In this document: positions 1-14,733 of the stretch, piece by piece | Position numbering within the stretch: position 1 is the first letter of the stretch | Layout: every line of letters starts with the position of its first letter | Origin: Eledone cirrhosa | Lineage: Eukaryota | Reading direction: 5' to 3' | DNA: 64,000 bases | NCBI GenBank assembly: GCA_964016885.1 | Contig: OZ024742.1 | Location: 105,772,001 to 105,836,000 of the forward strand | Translations under genes and position numbers: made by a program | The notes under the pieces: generated by a model | Database searches by the model: none | What the model saw: only the letters and a program-made list of their open reading frames with translations | Told to the model about the DNA's origin: nothing

Positions 1-169
1 TTTTTTGTCCTTTGTGTTTCTTATTTACCGCATATGTGTATTTACCTTCTTATTTACCTTATATGTATTTATTTTAATGTCTACTTTACTTTTCATTTGC
101 CTGAAATCAACCATGAAATCTCCACCTGGTTTTTATGGTTTAAGTCGTGGCCGGGAGGAGCTTTAGAGG

Positions 170-2170
170 TTTGCTTCGTATTCACGTTTAGATATTACTA
201 CGTAGCACTATGGGCATATGCTTGTTCTATAAGAGAGGGACACAGGTTATACGTTCTCCTGGAAAGGGAAATCAAATGGGGAAAACAGGAATGAAGGAGT
301 AGGTTTCGTTGACCAGACAGAGGTCACAAAGCGGCTTGAGCAACCACACGGCATTGATAATCGAATTATACACCTGAGAGTTCCACTTTCAAGGGGACGT
401 TTCATAACTGTCATTTCAGTATATCCTGGATAGTGGCTTTTTTTTTTACCAAGATCTTGGAGATTACAATGCACGCGTGGGAAAAGACGATCATATCTGG
501 ATTGTTTTAGGACGTTGCTGCATAGGAAGATGGATACCAATGGTCATCTCCTTTTGCAATTATACACAGTAAGTTTGAGCTGGTCATCTGCTGATCATTC
601 CTTTTTTTCAGGAAGATGAGATCCATAAGGCAACACGGATACACCCGAGATCTAAACATGGACACATCTTGGATTATATCAGCACCAGGAAGATAGACCT
701 CCAGGATATATGCCCTGTAATAATAATGCGTGGTACAGAATGTGGTACAGACCACAAACCTGTACTTTGCAAGATGAAAGTGCAGATCAGAGGAAAAGTG
801 AGGGCAGCAGGGGTACAAGTGCCAAAACGTATATGTGTTGCCAAACTGCAACATTTAAAAATGCGAGATGTTCTACATAATTGTTTCTACTTTAGGCACA
901 AGGCCAGAAAATACCCAGTGCATTACTGGTACTTTATTTTATCGACCCCGTAAGGATGAAAGGCAAAGTCAACCTCGGCGGGATTTGAACTCAGATCGTA
1001 AAGGGACGTAACTATGCTGGAAAGCATGGCGTCCGACCCTCTACCGATACTGCCAATCCACCTTCATAATGCACTTGACAACGTTGTCTTTGAACAAGTT
1101 ATTTGAGAAGTGCCTTGTAGAGAGTCCAGTGAGGACCACTTTTGAGAAGGCCTTTAAAGAATCAGAGTCAAATCCGCGATGTTTAAATGGAAAGATGAAG
1201 AATAACTGGTGGTCTGAAGTTTCAGCAGAGATGCAGAGGGCTTAAAACTGCAGAGACTTGATGGCATTATACAGCACAATATGGCAAGTTTTTGCCCACA
1301 GCCCTCAAAAGTAGCACCCTAGGAGTCAAACGATGGGAATACCATCACCCAACAGGAATCCTCAGTCGGTTGACTGAACATTTTAAAGATCTGTTTGACA
1401 AACCACATGTAGTTGATGAGGAAGTTATTAATGGACTGCCAAAAAAGGAGACTATGACAGAGATGATGAATGATCCAACCATTAATGAGATAAGGTCTAC
1501 TATTAAAGAGATAAACACAGGGAAAGCGTCAGGTCTGGAGGGAATACCTGTTGAGCTGATCCACTTTGGAGGAGACAATGTTGTTATGGCCATTCATGGG
1601 CTATTTCTATCTGTATGGCATGGTGAGCCTGTTTCGCAAGACTGGATAGATATAATCTTGCTGTCGAATTACAAGGGCAAGTGTGCCAAGTCTGAATGCG
1701 GTGACCATCATGGTATAATTCTGCTCGGTAGTAAAAGTCTTATCCAAGGTCCTGCTGAATCGTCTAATAAAATGGATCTGCCCTGGTGCCATCTCTGAGA
1801 CCCAGAGTTGATTCTTAGCTGGGTGGGCTACTATGAACAGGAATGTTTCAGCCTGCCAGCTTACGGAGAAGTGTGTTGAGCAGCGAGTGCCACTGTTCCA
1901 AGTACTCGTGAACCTAACCAAAACCTTCGATACTGTTAATCGTACTACATTGTGGATTATACTGGGGAAACTCGGATGCCCTCCTGAATGTGTTGGAATA
2001 GTAAAAAAGCAAAATATGCAAAAGTGAACTTCAATGGACACTTTCAGAGCCTATTTCAGTGGAAAACGATGTCAAGCATGTCGACATAACTCCACTCACT
2101 CTGTTCTTTATTGTCTTTGCCCGACTGCTGATATATGCCTTCCAGAACCTCGAAATCGGTGTATACTTGC
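170..2170 (+). mobile_element. Decayed RTE-clade LINE ORF (APE endonuclease + RT N-terminal part), interrupted by a SINE
   Basis: Broken ORFs with the APE C-terminal motif (DYISTRK...GTDHKPV, 669-880), KASGLEGIPVELI (1292-1798) and RT-like VNLTKTFDTVNRTTLWIILGKLGCP (1833-2027). Many stops and frameshifts; ends are approximate. Confidence 0.85.
881..1063 (-). mobile_element. tRNA-derived SINE (family A) nested in the RTE relic
   Basis: Minus strand reads tggattggcagtatcggtag (A-box-like), gagttcaaatccc (B box), gcctttcatccttacggggtcgataaaataaagtaccag (Meta-domain-like core) and a gtagaaacaatt tail. cataat is duplicated at both ends. Confidence 0.9.
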
Positions 2171-3341
2171 GATTATATATATACACAGTACACCTGAAAT
2201 TTAAACGAGAAATCGAAACCTATATTATCTCATATCCATATTTCAAAACGGACTGCACCCTCGTCCCGCCTACTCTCTTCTCTTTCTGTCTATTGATTGA
2301 TGATACGTATATCTGACTGAGGTGATATTATAGGGTTATCAGAGACGACATAAACAGATCCCGCAGCAACCATTTCATCATTCGTCGACCTATCACATGT
2401 GACAACACAACGAATGGAAATATATGTATGAGATTGATTACTGTCCTACGGCTCCTCGACACGTACATAAACGCACGCGCTCATACACCCATACGCACAC
2501 ATACACACGCACACATACACACGCCCGCACCACCCACACAGAGACACGGACAGACAGACACACATATACACACATTTATATATAATTTTCTTTTCTGTCT
2601 TTCTTTCTGGAAGAAATCGGCTGTGATCAGATTTGGAGACGAATGGGCTCCACCAGGTTAATAAAACCCATATTTAACATAATTCGTCATGATGGCGCCC
2701 CTAAGACTCCATCAAAATGTTAGTGCCCAAGGCATGACAAGTATGTGTGTATGTGCATACAAGAATGCAACACGCACCCACGCATACACACTGACACACA
2801 CACATATGCGCACACACACTCATACATACACACACACACACAGATATATATGCATATATATATATATATGTGTGTGTGTGTGTATATATCTATATATATG
2901 TGTGTGTGTATATATACATCCTTGATAGATATAAAAATTGTTTCCGTCTGATGCCAGGAAGCTTCCGTTAATGAATGATAATCAGAATGAGCGAAACAGG
3001 ATAAATAAAGCTACAAGTACAAGTGTATGCGCGTGCATGTGTGAGAGAGAGTATGTACACAAGCTAAAAGAGGAAGGGAACGCGTGTGTGTATGTAGTGG
3101 TTGGTAATGTCAGTGTTTAGAATTTTCTTAACCTCAGAACCCTACCGTCTGAAAAAATTGCTAGAAGCAGCAGTCAAACATATTAAACGAAAAGCGTGTC
3201 GCAATTCTTATGTCAACAGAGAAAATTCCCTGTAAAATATTTTCTTCCTGGTGAATTGAAATTGATAAAAATAATAAATATCTTCAATCGATTTTCGAAC
3301 TTAGTTGGCTTCTTATCATAAGAAATGCATACCATCTAAAC

Positions 3342-3964
3342 CAGTGGTTCCCAAAGTGGGTTCCGTGAAGCAAGGCCAGGGGTTCCGTAAGGCGCAAGTT
3401 GAAGTTTACTATAAAAATAAAGACTAACAAGTTGTAACGTGTATGATCGGTATATACTTCCCATATAAACATGCAAAGAGCTCTCAGCCAAATTGTTCAG
3501 TTGGGTTGTAGTATTCCATTATTAAGGGTGTACTGTGAGCACCGTGTAATACTCAGAATTATAATCAGATTTATAACTTTTTACAATAAACTTACGTATT
3601 TGAATCTCTCATTTGAATATTTAAGTTCTCTCTTAAACGTAACATAGGTAACCATGTCTCACACGGTGATCACGTGCTGTATCCTGTATCAATAAACGTT
3701 TGCTCCTTGTCAACGAGTTTATTTTTGAGTTTCATTAAAATTTTTATTTTCAAAGCGCTTCAATGGATCGATGGTTAAAAAAACAAGAAATTCGTAAAGG
3801 AACTGAAATTACAAGAAATACAGAAACAAAATCTTCTATAGAAGATACAGAAGTTGCTGAACATGCAGCACAACCTTCCGCAACTACTAGTTTAATTCAC
3901 GTGCAGGAGGGTTCCGCGATAATGTCAAGGGGTTCCGCGATAAAAAAAAGTTTGGGAACCACTG
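3342..3964 (+). mobile_element. hAT (Charlie-like) internally deleted element/MITE
   Basis: 14-bp TIRs CAGTGGTTCCCAAA/TTTGGGAACCACTG; 8-bp TSD atctaaac/gtctaaac; subterminal gggttccg repeats; residual transposase-like start MDRWLKK at 3763. Confidence 0.9.
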
Positions 3965-3981
3965 GTCTAAACAAACACCAG

Positions 3982-4034
<53 letters not shown>

Positions 4035-4206
4035 ATTGTTACTACTTTTGGCACAAGGCCAGCAATTACCCCAGTGCATTACTGGTACTTTATTTTATCG
4101 ACTCCGTAAGGATGAAAGGCAAAATTGACCTCGGCGGGATTTGAACTCAGACCGTAAAGGGACGTAACTCTATGCTGGAAAGCATGGCATCCGACCCTCT
4201 ACCGAT
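4035..4206 (-). mobile_element. SINE family A copy
   Basis: Same B box, core and tail as 881-1063. Confidence 0.85.
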
Positions 4207-4868
4207 AATCTATCGATTAGGACCGATACACCTTCGATCGCTTTCCCACGCACTCAATAATATGATTAAGTCAGAATTATTAAGTAAATTAGTGTGCACA
4301 CTATAATGTTAAATTGTGAGAGAAACGATTTCGTGTTGATAGAAAATTAAATTTCTGGCACTGGACTGATGCATTAGTTTCTGCTAGATCACCTGCTAGC
4401 GACAGTCCAAATAGACCTACCGTGAACAGAAATTAGGCAATGCTATTAAGCATTCCGTTCTTGGCTAGGAGCAGCTTCATTAGCGAGAAATTACCCTCTT
4501 CCGAACAGATTAGATACCAAGTGACTGCTCTAGTTTAGTTATCCATAAACTCAACCTTCAGTGTCAGGTAACAGAGAAGGGGAGGTCAGTTGGTTCTGCC
4601 TATTCACGGATAACATGGCGCGTATTCAAATTTAAAAATGAAACAATGAAAACGGGCCACGAAGCACTCAACCAGGGCTTCCATATAGAAAGCAAAGATA
4701 TAATTGCAAACAATTAGTAAATAAATCGAACTATAATGAATAGAGTAAAAAGTTCAACTTACAGTTTAAATTAGTATCCTGAAATGGATGTACTAATTTG
4801 CATATTATTAGCGCTCAAATACGTAATTAATTTTGTTATATATTAGGTTGTGCTGTAAGCAGTCAAAA

Positions 4869-5636
4869 TCTATATATATAAAACTGTGGTTGTCTGTCTG
4901 TCTATCGATTTTTGGCACACATCTTCTCTTAGAATCTCTCACGGAATTGCACCGAAATTGCTATACTTGTACATTGAGCCCTAGCGAAGACATCGGAAAA
5001 AAATAATTTCAAATTGACCCACCCTATGTCACGAAATCGAATATAATGTATCGATTTTTGAGCGTAAGTGATCAGTTATTTCCCTTTGTTCTGTTTACAT
5101 CGAGCGTCTTACGTAAAACATTACGCTGGCTTTCTCAGCGTTTAAAATGACATTAACACAATACGTTCGAACACTAAGCTTCCGTTTTGCTTCATTTCCA
5201 TTTAAAAGCATTTTAAAACAATATTTTTACTTGAAAACAAGTCTATTTAAAGACTACGTAAAACAAGCAAATATTTCAGGCGTGCAGACAGACAGTCGTG
5301 CAGAGAGGTGATATAGGCGTGCAGACAGACATAACTGATAATTTGGTTACGCTAATGTTTTTCTCTGCGTTGCAGTGTTTACATTTTCGATCTTTGTTAA
5401 TAAAAAACCAGTGCAGTTTCTATCCCCAGCATCCTCTTTTGTTATAACATTCGGGTTATCGTTATGTTTTCTTAACTTCATAAGGCATATTGTTGGTTGA
5501 GGGAATATTAATCAAAAACACCACATGCAAGTCTGCACAGTAGACATTACAGTTTTTAAGCCAAAAAAGAAACTTAACATTGTAACTTTAACACAGCTAT
5601 TGAGCGACCCCGAGCAACGCCGGGCTTTACTGCTAG
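4869..5636 (+). mobile_element. Non-autonomous Helitron
   Basis: 5' TC (tctatatatataaaa), 3' GC-rich hairpin cccgagcaacgccggg followed by CTAG, inserted between A (4868) and T (5637), no TSD. Confidence 0.8.
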
Positions 5637-7124
5637 TATACGATAAATTGATGTCTGTATATGTACAATATAGATAAAAGTATCTATATTTTTTAAAATT
5701 TACATGTAAAAATGTATATTTAGCATGTTAACATGTTTATATACAAAATGTGCAAATTTATATAAACAGTTACGCAGTCTCCGTTATCTCTGTGCTGTAT
5801 CTATATCTATAGAAAGAAACATCTATCCATACTTACATACACATATCACCGAAATACATACATGCACACACACATATGATGTATCCATATATGTACGGGT
5901 CTCCACACAAACACACATACCCTCACACACACACACATACACATTTATACATTATATACATGTATATTTTAGTAAAATCTTGGTAAAACATACCCAAGTT
6001 GTTAGAGTATTCAGTCCGTGGAATGAGTTATGATGGACAATAAATCTATGTTCTACAGCGATGCTATTAGGCAGATATTCGAGTTTCGTTAGCTTTGTGC
6101 CAACTCGTTCAACCTGCCATTTTGTAATAGATTTATTTCCGAAGAGATTATTGATCATATAGGAACGTTCTAAATCTAAGGAGGGGAAATTAAAAGGAAT
6201 AAAGTTTTGTTGTTTCGGGGTTATAGTAAATGCTGTAAAAGATAAGGGAGAGAACTATAAAAAAATAAAAATAAAAATGAAAATAGAGTTGGGGGCTAAC
6301 TTAAGTGCAGAAAGTTAGTCTGGCTTAGTTCATCGTTTTAGAAAAACTTTGATCCGTGTGGGCAAAGATTGAAGAAATCCACTCTCTGCACATAAATTAT
6401 CCCTCCTCTTTTAAATTTTATTTCTATTTGTATTTTCATCTTTTTAGAGTTCTATCTTTTACTTCTTACAAAGTTTGAATTACAGGTACACTCCATCCAG
6501 CGGTTTTCCAAACAGTGTCCACCTATCCAGTTTCACTCGCAAAGTATGGGTTGATCGGAGGCTATCGTAAATGTCATTTATCTAAGAAGCTACACAAAGT
6601 ATTCGACCCTAGGGCCTGATGATTGCGAAGCGCACCTTGCAACCACTCAGTCAGGCTACGTCTACCGTGAACAGTTTTAATTCGCCTTTCTCAAGATTTT
6701 TGGGTGGCTATGTACAAAAAATATGGAAACTTAGGCATATACATAATACAGCTGAAACTACTTACCAATGCTTGTTTGCTTTAAAATGTGTATATGATTT
6801 TATACAGTACTGAAACGTTACACTATGATAGGCCTATTAGTATTGCTGAAATGTTGGTTCACATTATATATAATATTAAGTAGACTTGTCTATGACTATA
6901 TACAGTACATAAATATATGGTCATTAATATACATTTCTATACATACATAATACATACATACATATATACATACATATGTGTGTGTGTGAATGTGTGCCCA
7001 CGCACACACACACACACACCCAAGAATAAATACGAACAAAAGGTGAGATTTGCGTATTGATAAAATATGTACATGTCTGTATGGGTGGAAGAGATGAATA
7101 GATAACGGGGAAGGTATGTAAATT

Positions 7125-7169
<45 letters not shown>

Positions 7170-9260
7170 GGACGGGAGAGACACAGTTTATGTGTATGTT
7201 GGATATGAAGGGAAGGGAGATAGGGTTAGGGGAAAGGAAGGAAAAGTGGGAGAGAGGGAAGATGGGAAATATTCATATACAAATACCGTTACTTTGATTG
7301 AGAAAATATGTTTGCATTTGTTTAAATCGTGCGCGCCGGTGCGCGAACATACATACACACACACATCGATATTTATCAATCTAACCCCCCTCCTCTCTAT
7401 ATATATAGAGAGGGAGAGAGGGGGAGGTAGATAGATAGACGAATAAATAAATACATATATATATATGAAAATACACTTGCTTTTCTTATGAAAAGTTGTC
7501 ACTATGTATATTTACAATAAACTAGTTGAATGCAATGTAATGATTATTGCAGTCGTCTGGCATCCGACAGCTGCGTGGTTCGATTCCCGCAGGAGTTTCT
7601 GTATTTCGTCTTCATTCTTTTCTTGTCCATCTTACTATTTCTTCTATCTTCCGTTTAAGATCTGACGTCGAAAACGTTCAGGCTATTTTCTTACCATATC
7701 AAGCATTAGATCAGTATTGTTCTCCAGACTTGACATTCCTTGTTGGCTGTTCTATCTTTCTCTCAATCGTACACACACACACACACATATTACCTTCACT
7801 TTTCGTATTATGCGAGCAATACACCCAAGATATCAAATATTTTGTAACCTGGTCACCAACACACTTCCATTGCATCAGTTGAGAATTAGTTACTGACGAA
7901 GTTTTATAAGCATTAGAGGTTTTATTCTATTCTCTTTCATTCTGTCTCTCTATCTATCTCCCCCTCTCTCTCTGTTGAAATTTAGAACTTTGGGTCTACT
8001 GTACTGTTGCTGTTTGAACGTTAGCCCTATTGGTCTTTGGTAGCTTTTTAATTCGATTTATTTATTTATTTTTTTTTTACCTGAACTGTAGAATTGATTG
8101 ATTGAATTCATTACCATTATCCACCATTTTGTCTCCTGTAAATAACACATAATATTTTCCCTCCTGTGAGCGTTGTTTCTCTTGGTCTGTATAAATATCC
8201 AACCCATTAACACAATATTGTTTAAAAAATTCATTATATGCAGTCATATTGGTTTTCGATTTACACACAAGGCCAGCAAAATTGATTAAATCAACCCTAG
8301 TACCTGACCCGTACTTTATTCTGTCGGTCCTGGAAGGATGAAAGGCAATGTTGACTTCAGCGGGATTTGAACGGAATGGACCGTAGTTAAATACCTCAAA
8401 GAATTTTGTCCGATACTAATGACACTGCTCTTATTATATGCAAGAATAATTGTTTGCTTAAAATATATTTATCAAATATAAGATAAACAAAATAGATACA
8501 TACCAAACAAGGTTTCATCCAACTGTCATTTTAATAAATATATATCATTCTACACAATTCTAACACGGGTGTCTCTGAGCACGTTATGTCTTTTGTACCC
8601 AACAAAACAGAGAGCACTATATGTTAAATATATATTCAACTATGACCACGCTGATTTAAAATTAAAAAAAAATTAACACCAAACCAATGCTATCCACGAA
8701 CTCAAGCAAACCAACATCCAACATCCAATCCCAAGACATAACAGCAGCCAGCTTACATCAATTACTGGTTTGGGAGCGATGAACTTCATCAAGCTGCAGC
8801 TTTAATAGTTAACGTGTAAATAAATGGCTGAGCATCGCACAGATACGTGTACTCTTACCGTAAATCTCAGGGTGATTCAGCGTAACACTGTGTGACAAGT
8901 CTGACATTTTGAACTACAGGCACAATCTATTTGACAGCTTTCAAACAGTTTCCATCAACTCAATTCCACATACAAGGCTTGGGCCACACCGGAGCTATGG
9001 TAAATGACAGTTGTTCAAGATAGGATCGAACACAGGATTGAAGTAGATAGAAGATCAAAACGCAGCTTTTATATATATATGTAATGCCGAAATACAATGT
9101 AAATAATAATCGAAGAATGTTTAATCTTTCAAACATTTAATAACTGACGATCGTTTCATCCTAGCACAAGGTCGATACCATCGGATATATATATATATAT
9201 ATCCGATGATTTCGACCTTGTGCTAGGATGAAACATATATATATATATATATGCTAGGAT

Positions 9261-9361
<101 letters not shown>

Positions 9362-9936
9362 CTGGTTCAGTCTAGTTCAACTGAATTGGTCTGTCCCGGT
9401 CATTCATTGAGCAACACCGGTGAAGTTGGCACCCTTAACTCACAGTTGGGTGCGGATGCATTCATGTATATATGTGTGTGTCCGCATGTATCTGTGTGTT
9501 TCTAAATATATTGTTAATAACTCCCTCTGGTCGAGCAATCCTTGAAGTGTGGGGACAACTGGAAAGCTTCCATTACTCATACTTCTAGCCTTCTTCACCA
9601 CCTCTTCTGCGGCCTCGATATGAATACCCCCTCCGCCTCCGTGGTATTTTCTTCGTGGTTATAAGAGGCTTAGCTCTGTTTCTCGACCGTTATATCGCGT
9701 GACTATCTCCCCCTCCGCCTTTTGGGATTCTTTCTCACGTCGTGTAGACGCGTTCTTGAGACTAGTAAAATGAGGTATCCTCTTGATAAGTCGGCAGACC
9801 TCGCAGGGACTCTATATCTTTATGATATATTGTTTTTGTTTATGCCACGAAACTACGTAGTCGAGGAATTTAGGAGCAGTTTAGGTATGATACATTTTAT
9901 TACTAATTATATCTAAATGTTTCTTCTCTCTTCATA

Positions 9937-9973
<37 letters not shown>

Positions 9974-9978
9974 TATAA

Positions 9979-10041
<63 letters not shown>

Positions 10042-10046
10042 TATAA

Positions 10047-10107
<61 letters not shown>

Positions 10108-10129
10108 CACACATATATATATATATATA

Positions 10130-10313
10130 ATCCTTTATTTACTGCTATATATTTCGATGATAGCCATATGTCCCAAGGCTCTGATACCATCAACACTATA
10201 CACACAGAGCTGGCATATCTAAGAACTGACTAACTGCCTGATGAGGTCATAGCCATTCAATGGCTATCATCGAAATATATATAGCAGTAAATAAAGGATC
10301 ATGAGTTCATGCA
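10130..10313 (+). mobile_element. Small hammerhead-bearing element (Penelope pLTR/retrozyme-like) inside (TA)n, with an inverted partial copy at its 5' end
   Basis: Flanked by (TA)n on both sides; 10130-10167 is the reverse complement of 10260-10299 apart from one TA unit. Confidence 0.7.
10233..10288 (+). ncRNA. Minimal type-I hammerhead ribozyme motif
   Basis: Stem I actgc/gcagt; core CTGATGA (10238-44); stem II ggtcatagccat-tca-atggctatcatc; GAAA (10272-75); palindromic stem III tatata; predicted cleavage after TA at 10283. Confidence 0.75.
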
Positions 10314-10329
10314 ATTGTCTTATGTTTCG

Positions 10330-10424
<95 letters not shown>

Positions 10425-11072
10425 GTAATTATATATATAATTATATATGTAATTATATATATAATAAGAAAAGGCGATGGCGTTTCGTTTACCTGTTTCT
10501 ATACACTGTTTTTTGTTGAATCACCAAATCTGACGAGCAGATCAATATTGGAGTCGGGGCCCATAGCATCCATACGAGATATTTAGCCAATCATCTGTGA
10601 AACGTACGTAACAGGTCGATAATCAATAGAAACATGTAAACCAAACTTCATCGCTTTTTCTGAATATATACATTCTATCCGTTAGTATTATTAACTAATA
10701 ATACTAACACATTTAACCACACTACACGGTCACTGCAACATCCACAGTACACACCTTTACTACCAATATACACACACAGCCACCACTGCTCCCATCCTAT
10801 ATCGTTCTTCCTGCACTAAAGGCACTCCATTTGCACACACATAACAAGCATGACAAGCATGACACACCTGGACTCCCCACCTCGGACTCCACTCTCGAAT
10901 ACCACACTACTCACCTACCACCCCAAGCCTTCTTAAAAACCTTTTCTACCAAACTCCCCCCCTCTCTCTCTCTCTCTCTCTCTCTATTTCCAAAACATTA
11001 AACCCTCTTCTATTTCCACCTAAGCGTAATACTAATAAGACTTTGTGTTTTTGCATCTCTGTGTTTGTCTTG

Positions 11073-11152
<80 letters not shown>

Positions 11153-12229
11153 TGTATGAAACAAGCGGAGCGAACTGAGGAGTAGAAGTTAGTACTCCTG
11201 TTATGTTATTTAAAAGAATGTAAGCTAAGACAAACAAGATAAATATTACAATTGCACCAAGGGGAAGTAACAATAACGCATTTTCTTAAAATATTTGTTC
11301 AGTTACTTACACAACACTTTCAACCCCTCTCTCACTTTCTCTCACAGATAGTTGCTTTCTTTCATTTAACTATCACTTTCTTTCTTTCTTTCTTTCTTTC
11401 TTTTGTTCTTTCTGTCTACCTTCTCACCATCGTCCTACATTTTATAAACAAATACGGCAGAGCTTGTTGTTTCTTGGCCCCTAAGGATCACCTCCAAAAG
11501 ACCCCCCAAAATATCTGGTCTTTAATATATCGTAAAACTGTTTGAGAGAATCAGAAAAATATAATACAAGAATAATATCTGCTTGCTTTGCTAAGTCAGA
11601 CATCGTGTTCTTACACCCTTCTGTTTTCATTTCACTCTTTCTTTCTTTTCTTCTTTTTTCTATCTTTCTTTTTTTCTTTCTTTCTTTATTTATTTTTTCA
11701 TTTTTTTATTTTATTCATATGTTTCATTCTTTCCGTTCTTCTTCCTGTCTTTGCTTTCATTTATTTCTCTCGTTCTTTCTTCTATCTGATTCTTTAATTC
11801 CTTCCAACTTTCTCTCTTTTTCCCCATTCCTTCCTTCTTTCTTTCCTGTCTTCTCATGATTCTGCTTTCTTTCTTCTTTATTTATATATATTTTTTTAGC
11901 TTTTGTTTTTATTTCTATACATACCCTCCTCCCACCCCCACACATCTTTTGTGTGTTGTTCAGCCAGATTTACTTACAACTAACTAGCTTATGTTAGCAT
12001 ATAAAAGTGAACACTGGTCTGTCTCTCTCTCACTTTCCCCTCTCTCTACCATCCTCTCTACCTCTCTCACTGGTACTGAGAGGCCAATTGTTCCCCATCA
12101 CACACACTTACATACTGTGATGTGGATGAGACTGGAGTGTTGACATAACTCATGTGATAAATTGTTGCAATTATTAGCTTCCACCAGCAGCAGCAGAAAC
12201 GTTATAACATCAGATGAAGTACTTTGCCA

Positions 12230-12500
12230 TATTAATTCCGGCTCTCTATTCTCTGAGTTCAAATCCCGCCGAGGTCAACTTTGTCTTTCACCCATTCGAG
12301 GTGAATAAAAAGAAAAGTACCAGTCCACTACGTGGGTCGATTCTTTCTTTATATCTATTTCTCATTTCCTCTCTCTCTCTTCTTCTTGGGAAGAAATCGA
12401 ATTCGTTCAGACTTGAAGAAGGGATGGGTTTAAAATGGACAAGACACGCCGTATGTCATGGCGGTGTCCCTACTACTTATCAATTGTTATGGGTCCATAC
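12230..12500 (+). mobile_element. SINE family B (family A head/core with an alternative ggaagaaatc...ccatacat tail)
   Basis: B box and core, then a TC-rich linker and a tail also seen at ~2600-2715, 15100-15530(-), 25330-25655, 32620-33185(-) and 59290-59510(-). Confidence 0.7.
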
Positions 12501-12749
12501 ATGCGGACACAAACATTCTATCAGAATAAAAATGAGGTGTTTCTATTCACAAACACACACACACACACACACACAAAAGAAAAACATTATAAGAATATAA
12601 TAGAAAATTTGATTTAATACAAATGAAACTTTAAAAGTCATCGCAACTGAGCCTACTTAAAAATTCAGATGCTTAAATTGTATCAGAATATATGCTTTTC
12701 TTTCTTTGCTATATTTTGTAAATTTAGTCTCGTGTTTTATTTTTCCTTG

Positions 12750-13065
12750 GTGGAAGCACGTGGCTTAGTGGTTAGGGGTTTGGCCCACTATTGTAAGGTT
12801 GTGATATCGACTTCAGGTGGTGCGTTGTGTCCTTGAGCAAGACACTTTGTTTCACGTTGTTGCAGTCCACTCAGATGATTCGTCAAAGAGATTCAATGTG
12901 CCCCCTTTTCACAGACTGTGCCATGCTCACTCACCCAAAGAATTACGTTAAGGGAACGCGTGTCTGAGAAATGCTCAGTCACTGGCACGTTAATTTCATG
13001 AGTAGGCTGTTCAGTTGATAAAACAACTAAAACACTGACCATCAGAACTGACAGAGGTCCAGACA
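12750..13065 (+). mobile_element. tRNA-derived CORE-type SINE (family C), decayed
   Basis: tggcttagtggttag A box and gtgtccttgagcaagacacttt core. Related pieces at ~61060-61190(+) and 54720-55108(-). Confidence 0.7.
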
Positions 13066-13116
13066 TATCAATTCATCCTCACTTTTGATGTTAAAGTCTC
13101 CTAATTAATAGTTAGA

Positions 13117-13624
13117 GGGTCTGCATATTTTAAAACAACAGTCTGGTTTTGATTTTTAATTTCAAAATCACAATGATAATTCTTAAGAAAAAAGGAAAAA
13201 GAATATTGATAGTAATAATTGTTGCTACTTTAGATACAAGGTCAACAATTTTTGGGGGAAGGGGAAGTCGATTAAATCGACCCAGTGCATTACTGGTACT
13301 TTATTTTATCGACCTCGTAAGGATGAAAGACAAAGCTAACCTCGACAGGATTTGAACTCGTAAAGAGGCGAGTTCAAATCCTGTCGAGGTTAGCTTTGTC
13401 TTTCATCCTTACGAGGTCGATAAAATAAAGTACCAGTAATGCACTGGGTCGATTTAATCGACTTCCCCTTCCCCCAAAAATTGTTGACCTTGTATCTAAA
13501 GTAGCAACAATTATTACTATCAATATTCTTTTTCCTTTTTTCTTAAAAATTATCATAGGTTGTTCAATTGTGATTTTGAAATTAAAAATCAAAACCAGAC
13601 TGTTGTTTTAAAATATGCAGACCC
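13117..13624. repeat. ~250-bp-arm inverted repeat with 8-nt spacer containing SINE halves
   Basis: 13117-13360 is the reverse complement of 13369-13624 apart from a 12-nt indel and a substitution; the mirror ORFs 13149(+)/13592(-) confirm it. Confidence 0.95.
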
Positions 13625-13807
13625 AGTAATGCACTGGGGTCGATTTAATCGATTTTTCTCTCCCTCAAAATTGTTGGCCTTGTGCTTAAATCAGAAACCA
13701 ATATCACTATCGTTTTTTTTTCCTTAAAAATTAACATAGGTTGGTCAGTTGTGATTTATCATCACATAAGGGAGATTTTCATGATTCTGATTATGTATTA
13801 GGCACAA

Positions 13808-14733
<926 letters not shown>

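Noticed and set aside
881-1063. tRNA genes at A/B-box sequences
   Set aside because: No cloverleaf; the boxes always continue into the multicopy SINE core.
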